Positions 1-10,352 of a stretch of DNA of 64,000 bases are shown one piece after another. Every line of letters begins with the position of its first letter. Position 1 is the stretch's first letter. The stretch is from IMG/VR virus record IMGVR_UViG_3300017987_000005, positions 105,157 to 169,156 of that record; one strand, written 5' to 3'. The notes beneath the pieces were generated by a model. That model saw only the letters and a program-made list of their open reading frames with translations. It was not told the DNA's origin and ran no database searches. The position numbers and the translations under genes were made by a program. This stretch comes from a virus.

Positions 1-1
1 C

Positions 2-2755
2 GTACTCGCTAGGCGTCCCGGAAGCAAGTTCAGTAATATTAATATTTCTAAAAATACATCCGTTTCCTGGAGCTGTTATAGTTACACATGTCCCACCACC
101 AGAAGCACAGTTAAATTCTTTAATTGTAACATCTTGTATGGAAATTTCCTCATAAGCAACTCCGCTATAAATAGCATTATATGTATAATCATTACCATCA
201 ATAATAACATTATGTATCTTTGTTCTCGCTCCATTTATCGAGATTACTTTTGATTTGGTACTTCCGGTAAGAATAATAGTACAATCAATTAAAGCTGAGT
301 CAGCCGCCATAGTTATTTTATTAGTATCCGACGTCGGGGTAAAATATAGCTCTAATCCCCTAACTACACATCCAGCACTCAGGGCAAGAGTATTATTTCC
401 CATAACAAGTCTTGAAACATGATTAGGGGTACCTGACGGACCATTGCCGACTAGCGCAACATCTTGAGGAAGGGTAACATTCCCCGACTCAGTAGTACTC
501 CCTATGACAGACCACACTGAACCAGCTTGACTGGGACTTCCGGAAACGGCTGCTCCTACTGTAGAAAAATCGCCGTTCCCTCCGGCATCAATCAAAGTGT
601 CCCAATCGCCCTGATGCTTATGGAGTGTAACTTTACTTCCATCAGTAAGGGAATCTAACTCTGCTCCGGTTGCTGATGTATCTGAATGCGATGCTATCGT
701 ATGAGATGGAGCAGAATGTGAATGCAATGCATCAGCATTACCACCACCAGTCAACGTATTAAGCTCCGCTCCAGTTGCAGTTGTATCGCTATGAGACGCT
801 ATTGTATGAGATTCTGCGTGTCTCGCTGCGGTATTAGCGGAAACGTTGGTATTATTAGACACTTCAGTATCAAAATCAGATATTTGAGAAGCTGTACCTA
901 TAGTTCCGGAATGGTTTGCAGACCCGTGACTCGAAGGAGCTGCTCCTACGTCAGCAGCATCTAAGCTGTGTGGATTTCCCGTAGTTACTTGGCTGTGATT
1001 ATATGCGGTAGACAGGTTGGTGCGCTCTCCGGACGTAATTATTTGTCCAGAACCGGCACTAGAAACATCATCAAGCTCAGTTACGTTATGTCCAGATAAA
1101 TCTAAACTAACTGGGACAAGTTGCGTCCACACAGCAGCTCCGGTAGAATTATCTACACACACCCATAATGAATCAGTAGATTCCTGTATCCAAAAATCTC
1201 CGCGCTCATATCCATCATCAACATCATAAGCAGACGAAGGTGTTCCAGAAGCATCTCTATGAACTCGTGAATTCCATTTAGTATGTATTCCTCCATCTGT
1301 TTCCGAACCGAATACTTTAACATCGATGAAAACATTTCTATCGTCGGTACTCCCTTCACCTATAGTAAGGTCACCTTCGATAGTCCCAAAGGCATAAACA
1401 TTGTCAGCACCGCTTAAACTACAGTCACCAGCGCAGTGAAAATTACTTATAACATTTCTTTGCCCACTAGGATTGCGAATATCCCAAGAACCGGAAACTG
1501 TATTCGATATTGATATGTTTGATATGTTACATCTCCACGACCCTATATACATACCATAACCGCTAGTAGTCCCGTCGCCGCATCCCCGAGCAACTATATT
1601 AGAGCCTTGAACTGCTCCGGAGAAATAAAACCCTCTATCACAATCATAAGCTGTTACGTTACTTAAAGCGCATCTTCCAGAAGTTACTTGCATTCCGATA
1701 AAACACTGCGTGAAACTGCAATCTGAAACGCTCATTGCTCCTTCTATATCGCTGTAAATATACAGCCCTACATTTACATTACTTCCGCCGTTGATATGCA
1801 AATGCTCTACAGAACAAGGTTTAGTTGCGGTATTTCCTGATAAGTATACTGCATCGTTAGCGGACGAGGCAGTAGCAAAATCTTCCATCGTAATTCTTTG
1901 TATGGTTGAGCCGCCTACATTCGGAGATAGTAAATATACCCCTCGACCGTAATCAGTATCTACTCCAGATATATAAATATCTCTCAAACTGAAATTCTCT
2001 GCTCCGTTACATTCAAGAGCATTATATAAGTAATTGTTTCCAAGTATCCGCGTATTACTGATAATACACCCGGAGTTGAAATATATCCCTTGGCTACCGA
2101 CGGTTCCGGAATAGTCAAGAACACAGTTTTCGAATATAGTATCTATAGATAATGTTATTTTATTGGAATCTGAATTTGGAGTTATATCAAAATATATTCC
2201 ATCAATCCTTGAACCAGCACCTCCTTGGAATGAATAACTCCCTAAAACAACTCTAACAGGTTGGTTGCTATCGCGCTGGCTGGCTAAAGCAAACATAGTA
2301 ACTCCTGCCTGGAGCGTTATATTACTAGTTTCAGTATACGTTCCGGGAGCTAACGCTATAACATCTCCTTGGGCAGGAGAGTCTGCTACATATGCTGATA
2401 TAGAAGTATAATTTCCTCCTGAAGGCGCGATGAGATAATCATACGGCATCTGATGTTCATGCAAAGCAGATTTACTTCCATCAGTCAACTCTTCCAGTTC
2501 AGCCCCGGTAACATCGGTGGCTCCGTCAGCTCCCGACACGTCAGAATAATCAAGACTATGCGGATTACCTGTCGTCTGCTGAGTATGTTCTACAACTGCT
2601 TTACCGCCCATCTGGACGTTGGCGTTGTTAATTGCTACATATAATTTTTCATCATCGGTGTCATCAGTAACTATCGGTCTACCATCGGCACCAGTAGCGG
2701 ATGGAATACTTGCTTCCGCTCCGTATAAAAATCTAATCGGGACTTCTTCAGCCAT
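2..2755 (-). CDS. Tailspike/tail fibre, >=918 aa, runs off the left edge; two beta-helix-like domains separated by a His-rich stalk
   Basis: Absent from the ORF track because it has no stop in the window. Manual translation from ATG 2755 (SD GGAGG; MAEEVPIRFLYGAEAS...) stays open to base 2. It contains repeated TGAELxxLTxG..LHxH and SHTIASHSDT motifs and G/N/C-rich beta-strand repeats. Confidence 0.85.
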   Translation of the reverse strand, partial: MAEEVPIRFLYGAEASIPSATGADGRPIVTDDTDDEKLYVAINNANVQMGGKAVVEHTQQTTGNPHSLDYSDVSGADGATDVTGAELEELTDGSKSALHEHQMPYDYLIAPSGGNYTSISAYVADSPAQGDVIALAPGTYTETSNITLQAGVTMFALASQRDSNQPVRVVLGSYSFQGGAGSRIDGIYFDITPNSDSNKITLSIDTIFENCVLDYSGTVGSQGIYFNSGCIISNTRILGNNYLYNALECNGAENFSLRDIYISGVDTDYGRGVYLLSPNVGGSTIQRITMEDFATASSANDAVYLSGNTATKPCSVEHLHINGGSNVNVGLYIYSDIEGAMSVSDCSFTQCFIGMQVTSGRCALSNVTAYDCDRGFYFSGAVQGSNIVARGCGDGTTSGYGMYIGSWRCNISNISISNTVSGSWDIRNPSGQRNVISNFHCAGDCSLSGADNVYAFGTIEGDLTIGEGSTDDRNVFIDVKVFGSETDGGIHTKWNSRVHRDASGTPSSAYDVDDGYERGDFWIQESTDSLWVCVDNSTGAAVWTQLVPVSLDLSGHNVTELDDVSSAGSGQIITSGERTNLSTAYNHSQVTTGNPHSLDAADVGAAPSSHGSANHSGTIGTASQISDFDTEVSNNTNVSANTAARHAESHTIASHSDTTATGAELNTLTGGGNADALHSHSAPSHTIASHSDTSATGAELDSLTDGSKVTLHKHQGDWDTLIDAGGNGDFSTVGAAVSGSPSQAGSVWSVIGSTTESGNVTLPQDVALVGNGPSGTPNHVSRLVMGNNTLALSAGCVVRGLELYFTPTSDTNKITMAADSALIDCTIILTGSTKSKVISINGARTKIHNVIIDGNDYTYNAIYSGVAYEEISIQDVTIKEFNCASGGGTCVTITAPGNGCIFRNINITELASGTPSEY

Positions 2756-2789
2756 TCTCTATATCCTCCGTGCAATCACCTGCAATTTT

Positions 2790-2817
2790 GGGAGGGGAGG
2801 CTCATTCCTCCCCTCCC
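2790..2817 (-). other. 11-bp GC-rich hairpin without a U-tract (mRNA stabiliser or factor-dependent terminator)
   Basis: GGGAGGGGAGG-6 nt-CCTCCCCTCCC between the two fibre genes. Confidence 0.6.
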
Positions 2818-2831
2818 TATGATTGCTCGTT

Positions 2832-4295
2832 TTAGAAGGTTCCTCCTGCCACCGGACCCCATTTAATTCCGAGAGTTTCCCCGGAATCAGCAATCAGAAC
2901 ATAATTGTCTGTCCCGGCTGCAAGAATTCCAGGGGTATCATCAGCAGACGCTCCAATAAGTTCACCCTTCCCGGAAAAGGATGTTCCCATAATAGCACCA
3001 GCCGCAGCAACATTGGTCGCATCAGTCACATCGGCACTGTCTTCAATCCCATCCAGTTTACTTGCGTAAGTGGAGGTCATGTAACCATTCTGTCCAGATG
3101 TAGCGGCTTGTGTCGCAACAGTATGCTGAGCATTGGTCAAATGGTAACGCTCTGATGCAGTTCCGCCCTGAATGTTAGCCATATCATTGTGGTTCTCAGT
3201 AGCAGCGCGTTTCACCCATGCGGACCCATTGTATACGCGAGTCTCATTGGTATCCTCTACCCACGCAGCCCAACCTTCATTCGGCGTATAGGCATCCCAA
3301 GTAGACCCGTTGAACTCAACGAGGTCTCCGGCAGAAGCACCGTCCCAGTTCGCATGAGGAGCACCGCCGTCGCCGGCGAGGATGAAACGATTTCCAGTAG
3401 TTTCACTCGGAGGAGCGACTGTATTGTCGGTAATATAACTGAGGACAGAGTCCTGCCAGTCGAGTCCGTCAATAGCTGACTGAATCTCGGAGTCAATTTT
3501 CGATGCTGACCAGAGGTCGGCAGAAGTATCACCAGAGTCATTCAGCTTGTAACTCGCGTCAGTCGGAAGTCCATTCGCATCCGCTTCAAGCAGATTACCG
3601 GTCGTCGCGGTACCCGTATGGTCGGATGCACTGTCAATCGCATGCTGGCGAGTGTGTAAGTCCGAGTGGTCATACGTACTTTCGTGCGAAGTCACGGCTC
3701 CAGCATCTTCATAATCAGAATCACTCTTCCCCGAATCTTTAGGCAGACCATTCGAGTCAAAAGATACGAAATTGTCCTCAGTAGCTCCTGACACTCCGTC
3801 GTGGTCAGAAGTACTGTCAATCGCGTGGTCACGATTGTGGTGGTCATCAGCTCCTACGCCACCAAGGTCATCGTGCTGCAATACTGCGGACTCCCAACTG
3901 TCACCGTCACCGCGAAGAACATTACCATCAGTCGGAGTCGCAACTCCAACATCAGTAAGGTCACTCAACTGCTGAGCACCAGTGGAAATCGTCTCCCAGG
4001 TCGAACCGTTCGAAATGTACAGCGTATCGCTGGACGTGTCAAAAATCAACAGACCGCTGGCAGCTCCGAACGCATCGGCAGCACTGTCAGTCGGTGTCGA
4101 ACCTGTGGACTGGGTCTTAACTGCTCCACGGAGAAAGTTAAGGTTCCCGGAACTAGGCGCATCGGTAGAATGCGCAACAACAATTGCGTTTAGGTCAGTC
4201 AAAAAATAAGGCTGACCTATTTCGGATGCATCACTTACTGAATCAAATCCGGAACGCGTACCGTAATAAAATCTAATCGGAACAGCTTCAGCCAT
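2832..4295 (-). CDS. Fibre protein with Mtd-N-like N-terminus, His-rich stalk and DUF2793-like domain
   Basis: The segment WQDSV...PP..TGNRFI...W.G...W...TPNEGWAAWVED...YNGSAW matches the DUF2793 pattern; HxxxH repeats; C-terminal GGTF. Confidence 0.75.
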   Translation of the reverse strand: MAEAVPIRFYYGTRSGFDSVSDASEIGQPYFLTDLNAIVVAHSTDAPSSGNLNFLRGAVKTQSTGSTPTDSAADAFGAASGLLIFDTSSDTLYISNGSTWETISTGAQQLSDLTDVGVATPTDGNVLRGDGDSWESAVLQHDDLGGVGADDHHNRDHAIDSTSDHDGVSGATEDNFVSFDSNGLPKDSGKSDSDYEDAGAVTSHESTYDHSDLHTRQHAIDSASDHTGTATTGNLLEADANGLPTDASYKLNDSGDTSADLWSASKIDSEIQSAIDGLDWQDSVLSYITDNTVAPPSETTGNRFILAGDGGAPHANWDGASAGDLVEFNGSTWDAYTPNEGWAAWVEDTNETRVYNGSAWVKRAATENHNDMANIQGGTASERYHLTNAQHTVATQAATSGQNGYMTSTYASKLDGIEDSADVTDATNVAAAGAIMGTSFSGKGELIGASADDTPGILAAGTDNYVLIADSGETLGIKWGPVAGGTF

Positions 4296-4326
4296 AGCTA
4301 TATCTCCTTAAACAATATGGCCTTTA

Positions 4327-4659
4327 TTAAAAAGTGCCTCCATAAATTATCATGTCAGCAGGCGGCGTACCAATATGGTCCCGAACAATCGGAGTATATC
4401 CAAACTTGGTAATCTCCACCTTAATCAATCCTTCAAACTCTATCCAAAACTGAAAATACCCATTAGCATCGGTCTTCAAACCTGCGCCAGGAGGACTGGG
4501 CCAAAATGGTGTTCCCCCTGTCTTCGTAGCATACATGGGTATCGCAGTAGTAGTCCCTGCTTCATAACATTTAACGTCAGCGACGTCGAGCATAACCATC
4601 TCGCTGCTAGTACCTTTATAGAACGCGGTACCTTGAATCTTCTTTCGTGTTAATGCCAT
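4327..4659 (-). CDS. Small virion protein, possible fibre/tailspike attachment domain
   Basis: YEAGTTT..MY...TDANGYFQFW resembles tailspike particle-binding beta-sandwich domains; ends in GGTF. Confidence 0.55.
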   Translation of the reverse strand: MALTRKKIQGTAFYKGTSSEMVMLDVADVKCYEAGTTTAIPMYATKTGGTPFWPSPPGAGLKTDANGYFQFWIEFEGLIKVEITKFGYTPIVRDHIGTPPADMIIYGGTF

Positions 4660-6614
4660 TAGCTTACTCCCAACGAACTGACAACTTCCGTCATACCGGT
4701 CTCTTCTCCTTCAACATCGGTTATAACATCCCACCACAACTCACTCTCGAAAGTTCCGTGATAGATATCCCCTTCACCGGTACTATCAGCGATGCTTTCC
4801 TGCACAACAACGTCAGTTTCATCCGGACTGGAACTATACGTCGCACTTACAACGGTATAATATCCGTTAACTCCGGCAGTCGGTGCATTTCTAACTTCAA
4901 TCACATGACCGACTCCTATAATACTACTATAGTCGCCACTGACCTTTATCGTCTTCGTGGACGCAACGGTGCTAATTATGTTGATAATTCTGAGATAATA
5001 TGCGAACGCGCTTCGCGCGGTATAACTGTTTGTAACATTAATTGGCGTAGGCCCGTACGCTATCTCGCCTTCACTAAACGTATCGGGCGGCCCCGGTATA
5101 GATTCGACTGTCCCTATAAATGAAACTGGTCCTGGATTCAATCCGGGAGACACCCACGCCACAGTGTAAATTCCGTTCTGCGACGGATTCGACGTTATCC
5201 CGGAGATTGTAAACTTATCACCCGGACTTAAATCATTCGCTGCATCATACCCGTCTATTTCGAACTTCGGGCCTCCATAATCACTATAATTCACTTGCCA
5301 CTTACTAAATGAAGCGTACGACATATAATATTGCGACGAATCAAAACCTACCCCGATTTCTTCAGTATCATCACTAATAATAGTATCGAGGTCAATGTCT
5401 TCAATTTCAAGGTTGATATCTTCCTCAACGGCTGTCGGTAACAACGTCACGAACCCGGTCGTACATACTGGGCTAAAGTTATCCATTACGCGCTCAATCT
5501 TCGCAAGCACGATAGCACTTACTGTATCCGTATCAGAAACAAATAAACGAAGCTCAAATGTATAAGGATTGAATACTTCACTCCATGAACGAGGATTGAC
5601 AATCTTATACGGGTCATATACTCCGAACTCATCCAAGTACAAATCCGGATAATCGGTAATTGTCCGAGCACTCAATCGCTCCGTATTATTTGAGCACAGT
5701 AAGAAATCCTTATATTCGATAAGTTCTATCTGCTTAACGCTTGTAATCAATCGAGCTGCTGCGGTAAATCCGAGCGGCGTTCCTTTTATCTTATATAGCC
5801 CGACGGCATCAAGAATCTCACGCCGCTGCCTATCAACGCTAAACTCTGTATTCAAACTCAGTCCGATAAGAGCTGCTATATAAGGAAGAACTCCATCAGT
5901 CGATTTCTCAGGGTTCCTCATATTATTGAACATCAAATCAATCATACCCTTGACGTCATCAAGCTCGAACCCGATAAGTTTGAAGAATCTCTGAAGCTGT
6001 CCTCTGGCAGTCTCGCCGTCCTCGGTTATATTATATGTCTCCCCTAAAGCTTCAGTCTCTTCGAGAACAGTCGCTACAGCATCAGGTCCCTGCTCGTCCT
6101 TAACCTGCTCGTTAAGCGGCATCTGACCCCACAACTTCTGTGGAAAATAGTTCCCCTGGTATGTAATAGCTGACTTCTGTACTCTGCGTCCCGAAATCCA
6201 TCCGCCGTTTACTTCAGAAAAGCATGTATAAAAGTACGGGACAAACGGCTCAACATTCAAGTCAGAATGGTAATATTCCCCCTCCTGCATAATATCATCT
6301 TCAAGGATAATATCTCCATCATTCTCATTCACGGGAAAAGTATACGCTCTTCTGACTACTCTTAATTTAGTTACATCTTTTGCAAGAGGTATCTGATATG
6401 TTATCTTAATCTGCGGCTGCTCTCCGGCACGCTCGACTTCAAATACTTCCGCGAACCAATCGTCAGGATAATGCAGACGAAGCGTCGGTCCACTCGGCAC
6501 TAAGTCAATCTTAAGATGACCGTACGTGATGAACTCTTCGATTATGCCGTTGTCGTAATCCGAATGCGGCGTAACCGTTAAGCCTATGTCACCAACATAT
6601 GTTATTATCGCCAT
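4659..6614 (-). CDS. Baseplate wedge protein (P2 gpI-like core with extra N- and C-terminal domains)
   Basis: LPYIAALIGL...RQRREILDAVGLYKIKGTPLG motif; follows the baseplate J-like gene. Confidence 0.8.
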   Translation of the reverse strand: MAIITYVGDIGLTVTPHSDYDNGIIEEFITYGHLKIDLVPSGPTLRLHYPDDWFAEVFEVERAGEQPQIKITYQIPLAKDVTKLRVVRRAYTFPVNENDGDIILEDDIMQEGEYYHSDLNVEPFVPYFYTCFSEVNGGWISGRRVQKSAITYQGNYFPQKLWGQMPLNEQVKDEQGPDAVATVLEETEALGETYNITEDGETARGQLQRFFKLIGFELDDVKGMIDLMFNNMRNPEKSTDGVLPYIAALIGLSLNTEFSVDRQRREILDAVGLYKIKGTPLGFTAAARLITSVKQIELIEYKDFLLCSNNTERLSARTITDYPDLYLDEFGVYDPYKIVNPRSWSEVFNPYTFELRLFVSDTDTVSAIVLAKIERVMDNFSPVCTTGFVTLLPTAVEEDINLEIEDIDLDTIISDDTEEIGVGFDSSQYYMSYASFSKWQVNYSDYGGPKFEIDGYDAANDLSPGDKFTISGITSNPSQNGIYTVAWVSPGLNPGPVSFIGTVESIPGPPDTFSEGEIAYGPTPINVTNSYTARSAFAYYLRIINIISTVASTKTIKVSGDYSSIIGVGHVIEVRNAPTAGVNGYYTVVSATYSSSPDETDVVVQESIADSTGEGDIYHGTFESELWWDVITDVEGEETGMTEVVSSLGVS

Positions 6615-6617
6615 ATT

Positions 6618-8591
6618 TTATCCACAAGGTCCAGACGTTCTTCCGCCTTCTTCGGGTATAATTACTTCGAGTTCGATATCCCCTTCGACAGGTATCTCAG
6701 CTCCCGTAGTAGATATATTCCCGATTTTAGGCGAAGTTACAAAACTAAACTCGTCTCCCTGAGCAGCATCCTGCTCACCGGAGTTAACAACAAAAGAAAT
6801 CTCTTCATTATCAGAACTATATGGAACATCGATAGTCCCATTCGCATGGTCTCCGGTTTCAGAGCCGGTCACTTTGAACTCGTCTTTATTGATAAACGTA
6901 CAGGTAAAAGTCTCGTCAACAGAATCTTTTCCGACTTCAAACCCCGTAACTGTCCAACCGCCGCTATTAATCCGATAAGTAGGATTCGGCTTGCGTGTTA
7001 TTTCTGTAAGGTCAACGTGGTCAACTCCCTCAACCCCGTCGAGCATCGCCATAACATCACTAAGATAAACAGGCTGAGTCAAGTCAGCATTAACGCGCGT
7101 TTCTTCAAAATAAAGTTCAATAGCATCAGCAAGATTATTTTCAACATCCTCCTGGAGATAGTTGACATAACCGTACACACTCCCCTTCATATTGATTTCG
7201 ACATCGTCAGCACGCTGTATTACTACTGAGGTGCATACCATGCGTTTTTCCTCAATCTCATTGAGTATGCGCTGCTCAAGCTCGCTTGATAACGGTCCGC
7301 CACCTTCGGGATAGACTGCAAGTGTTATGGCGCAGAATCCGCAAGATTCTATCTGCCCGCCTTGAATGACGGCGCAACGTGATACTCCCGGCACAGATTC
7401 ACATATAGTCTTAAAGTCTTCGGCAGTAACGGCACGATACAGCGTACGTAAACTCTGTGGTCCTTTTCTTCGGGCCTCGTCAATAGATTCCTCGTCAGCT
7501 CCCCCGGACGCTTGTAACGGATTGGTGCATCCCGCGACTACTTTCGTATTGTAATCGATTACCCAATATATAGATTGAGGGGTGTTGATATTAACTATGG
7601 TATGCGCTCCGACATTCCCCTCTTCCCCGCCACCTACTCGATAAGTGGCTCTGACAACATTCCCGGCATTGAGCTGCTTCCCTTGTATGTTGTTTCCGAA
7701 TTCGAGGTCTACATTTCCGTCAGCATCCGTATACAGCACAGTATTCTTATCGTCAAAATCTGCCTCGAGCCATGATTGTATAATAGGCCACTCATTAAAA
7801 CCACCGCCTTCATCAACATAACTTTTTGTTGAATCCTGAATAATCCCCGTTTCCGGTATCCTAAAACGTAAAAACGCTTCGCTCTGAGATACTGCTGGAA
7901 ACGTGTAAACTTTTGAAAGTCCTTCTTCCGCGCTAACACTATAAACATAGTCACCGACACTAACGGAATCGGGAGGAGTAACATTAAGTAATTCCCAATT
8001 ACCGGTATTATTGACACGATAATACGCATCCTCGGCTACAACAAAATAAACAGTGTTTACTTCAAGCGAATCCTCTGCATCAGGTAAAGACGTATCAGTC
8101 GGAAGGTCATTATATTCCTGAACGACGGCTGCGATAGATTCATTGCCAAGCGTCCCGGCGCGAATAATGAGGTCATCGAGCGTCTCAAACAAGATACCCG
8201 TATCCCCTTCGAACAACGGATTCGTAAGCAACTGCGTCCCCTGCGCTACAACGGTATCTTCAGTCTGAACTGAAGCGAGTGCGAACACCATATCAACAGT
8301 AGCAGCAGACGGCCTGCTCATCTGATAATCAATCAAGTTCAATATGTTTATAGCAGATTCCCGCTTAATCAGCGTAGGCAGGTACGACTCATTATGAACA
8401 CGGTCAATGTAATAATGAAGTACATCACCCATCATCGAGAAAAGACGAATTAGCGCAATACCGAAATCATTCTCGTTATGCTGAGTCCATTCTGGCAGGA
8501 AAAATGGGATAGTCGCTATCATATCATCTTTGATAGCTTCAAAATCCCTGCTAGAATAATCTATCGTGGGAATACGTCCCCTTGTTACCAT
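6618..8591 (-). CDS. Baseplate J-like wedge protein (T4 gp6/P2 gpJ family)
   Basis: IDYSSRDF, PEWTQHNENDFG, YRVGGGEEGNV, GGADEES, RAVTAEDF motifs. Confidence 0.92.
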   Translation of the reverse strand: MVTRGRIPTIDYSSRDFEAIKDDMIATIPFFLPEWTQHNENDFGIALIRLFSMMGDVLHYYIDRVHNESYLPTLIKRESAINILNLIDYQMSRPSAATVDMVFALASVQTEDTVVAQGTQLLTNPLFEGDTGILFETLDDLIIRAGTLGNESIAAVVQEYNDLPTDTSLPDAEDSLEVNTVYFVVAEDAYYRVNNTGNWELLNVTPPDSVSVGDYVYSVSAEEGLSKVYTFPAVSQSEAFLRFRIPETGIIQDSTKSYVDEGGGFNEWPIIQSWLEADFDDKNTVLYTDADGNVDLEFGNNIQGKQLNAGNVVRATYRVGGGEEGNVGAHTIVNINTPQSIYWVIDYNTKVVAGCTNPLQASGGADEESIDEARRKGPQSLRTLYRAVTAEDFKTICESVPGVSRCAVIQGGQIESCGFCAITLAVYPEGGGPLSSELEQRILNEIEEKRMVCTSVVIQRADDVEINMKGSVYGYVNYLQEDVENNLADAIELYFEETRVNADLTQPVYLSDVMAMLDGVEGVDHVDLTEITRKPNPTYRINSGGWTVTGFEVGKDSVDETFTCTFINKDEFKVTGSETGDHANGTIDVPYSSDNEEISFVVNSGEQDAAQGDEFSFVTSPKIGNISTTGAEIPVEGDIELEVIIPEEGGRTSGPCG

Positions 8592-8592
8592 A

Positions 8593-9015
8593 CTAAGCCT
8601 CCTGCGGCAGATAGAACGGATACACCATTGAAGTAGGCTGATGTGTCTGTAATATAAAAAAGTCGATGCCTATCTCAAGGATTCCTTCCTTGTACCTACC
8701 TCTATTTACTGTAACTGAAATAACTTGTACTCGCGGCTCCCAGCGCTCGAGCGATTCAATAATAAAATGCTGTAACAATGAATCGTTAGAAGGGTCATTA
8801 ATCGTGAATACCAAGTCATAGATACTGCTACCAAAATCCCGCGTCCCCGGATACTCGCCGAAGCTTACGTCAAGAATATGAACAATACTCTGAACGATAT
8901 TTGTATCGCCCTCAGTACTATTCACTCCCCCATTATTGGGGTTGATGCTGAAAGGATATTGAAAACCCCTTCCAATTACATCATTCGACGGTAATTGCCC
9001 GTTCCCGTTGGACAT
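8593..9015 (-). CDS. Baseplate wedge subunit, gp25/GPW family
   Basis: IVQSIVHIL...GEYPGTRDFGS...LERWEPRV...MVYPFYL. Confidence 0.92.
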   Translation of the reverse strand: MSNGNGQLPSNDVIGRGFQYPFSINPNNGGVNSTEGDTNIVQSIVHILDVSFGEYPGTRDFGSSIYDLVFTINDPSNDSLLQHFIIESLERWEPRVQVISVTVNRGRYKEGILEIGIDFFILQTHQPTSMVYPFYLPQEA

Positions 9016-9472
9016 TCTGCGGTCCTCTCTTCTTAATTATTAAATGAAGTACGTGATTTATCTTAGAAAACGATGCGATATCATCGCGCATCTCACGTAA
9101 CTTTGATTTCAATGCATACTTTTCTTTCAAAAGCTCATCAGGTTTTAAGTCAGCTATCTTCTGACGAAGATTATCTTCAGCAAGACTGAAGAACTTCTTT
9201 ATCAGAACAATCTCGATAGCATAATTCTTATTGCCATCCATAAACTCCTGAAGCTTTCCGGCAAAATCGGCAAGACGATTAGCTTTATTACTTAACATCT
9301 CGCGTTTAGAATTAACTTTGTTGATTTCGGCAATAACTTCTTTGAGTCTCGTCTCCACCGATTCCTTCACAGCGGGTGCGACAGTCATACTCGATTCCGA
9401 AACCATCTGTACGAACGCGTCTTTATCGGCACTGCCGAGCTGCTCGTAAAATGTTCTTAGTCCGTCCATCAT
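8981..9472 (-). CDS. Hypothetical coiled-coil protein
   Basis: 163-aa helical, charged ORF, translationally coupled within the baseplate cluster. Confidence 0.65.
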   Translation of the reverse strand: MMDGLRTFYEQLGSADKDAFVQMVSESSMTVAPAVKESVETRLKEVIAEINKVNSKREMLSNKANRLADFAGKLQEFMDGNKNYAIEIVLIKKFFSLAEDNLRQKIADLKPDELLKEKYALKSKLREMRDDIASFSKINHVLHLIIKKRGPQNVQRERAITVE

Positions 9473-9482
9473 TGACCTTTCT

Positions 9483-10352
9483 CTACGCTCCTATTCCTGG
9501 ATATACTTTAGGCTCTGGTGATTTCCATTTTGGAATGGGCTTTGCAAACTTCTCAAAAGCAGCCATCTTAGCTGCGTTCTGGTTCTGAACATCCGATGCC
9601 CACTTACCCATGAACGAATCACTCAATCCACCTTCAGTGGTTCCGACCGCCCATTCCTTCCACTTCTTCAAGTGTTCGGCTAGAGGACTCGATTCGATAG
9701 CATCACATATTGCTTGTATACATTTAATAATAGATTCCATTACTTTAATAAATCCGTATATCTGCGCTTTAAGAACATTGGCACTCTGGTTAATTTTATC
9801 AACGGCATTCGTAAGTCTCTTAAATGCTTTGCTCTCACGAACAGAGTTAAGCAGTCCGTTTATGTCCGCCTGCATACTCGATGTTAACGTATTAAGCGTA
9901 CCATCAATAAAATTCGCGAGATTATCCTTTGGAAGAACTGACATAACAAACGGGCACGCTGCTGCAAGGTCACCAAACGCATCAGTAAATTTCGGTGTCG
10001 GAGGAAAGTTCGGCACCTTTACTGAAAAATTCTGAACTGCGTTCATTCCCTGATTCATCTTATTCTGTCCTGCGTTTATGTAATAAGCTATCTCTTGACA
10101 AAAATAGTTCATCTTCTTAAACAAATCCAAAAGAATATTACACGCCTCATGAGCAGCATCTCGTAAACTCCGGTCTTCAGGAACGTTTCCTGGAATCTCC
10201 GGCGGAGGCGAAGCAGCCGGCTGAGGTCCAGTAGCATCCGGGTCAGGAGTCTCTGGCGTGGAATCCCTCGGGTCTTCCGGAGTTTCCGAATACCCCAGTT
10301 CGGTAGAGAACTGGTCACGTAAATCAGATGATGAGTATGACGGTACTAACAT
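9483..10352 (-). CDS. Hypothetical protein (Pro-rich N-terminus, helical)
   Basis: 289-aa ORF abutting its neighbours. Confidence 0.7.
   Translation of the reverse strand: MLVPSYSSSDLRDQFSTELGYSETPEDPRDSTPETPDPDATGPQPAASPPPEIPGNVPEDRSLRDAAHEACNILLDLFKKMNYFCQEIAYYINAGQNKMNQGMNAVQNFSVKVPNFPPTPKFTDAFGDLAAACPFVMSVLPKDNLANFIDGTLNTLTSSMQADINGLLNSVRESKAFKRLTNAVDKINQSANVLKAQIYGFIKVMESIIKCIQAICDAIESSPLAEHLKKWKEWAVGTTEGGLSDSFMGKWASDVQNQNAAKMAAFEKFAKPIPKWKSPEPKVYPGIGA

Noticed and set aside
722-2822. Short ORFs listed in the first 2.8 kb
   Set aside because: All lie within or overlap the long open minus-strand tailspike frame and its upstream gap.
2-4295. Diversity-generating retroelement target
   Set aside because: No reverse transcriptase and no adenine-specific TR/VR repeat pair was seen in the window; this cannot be excluded beyond the left edge.
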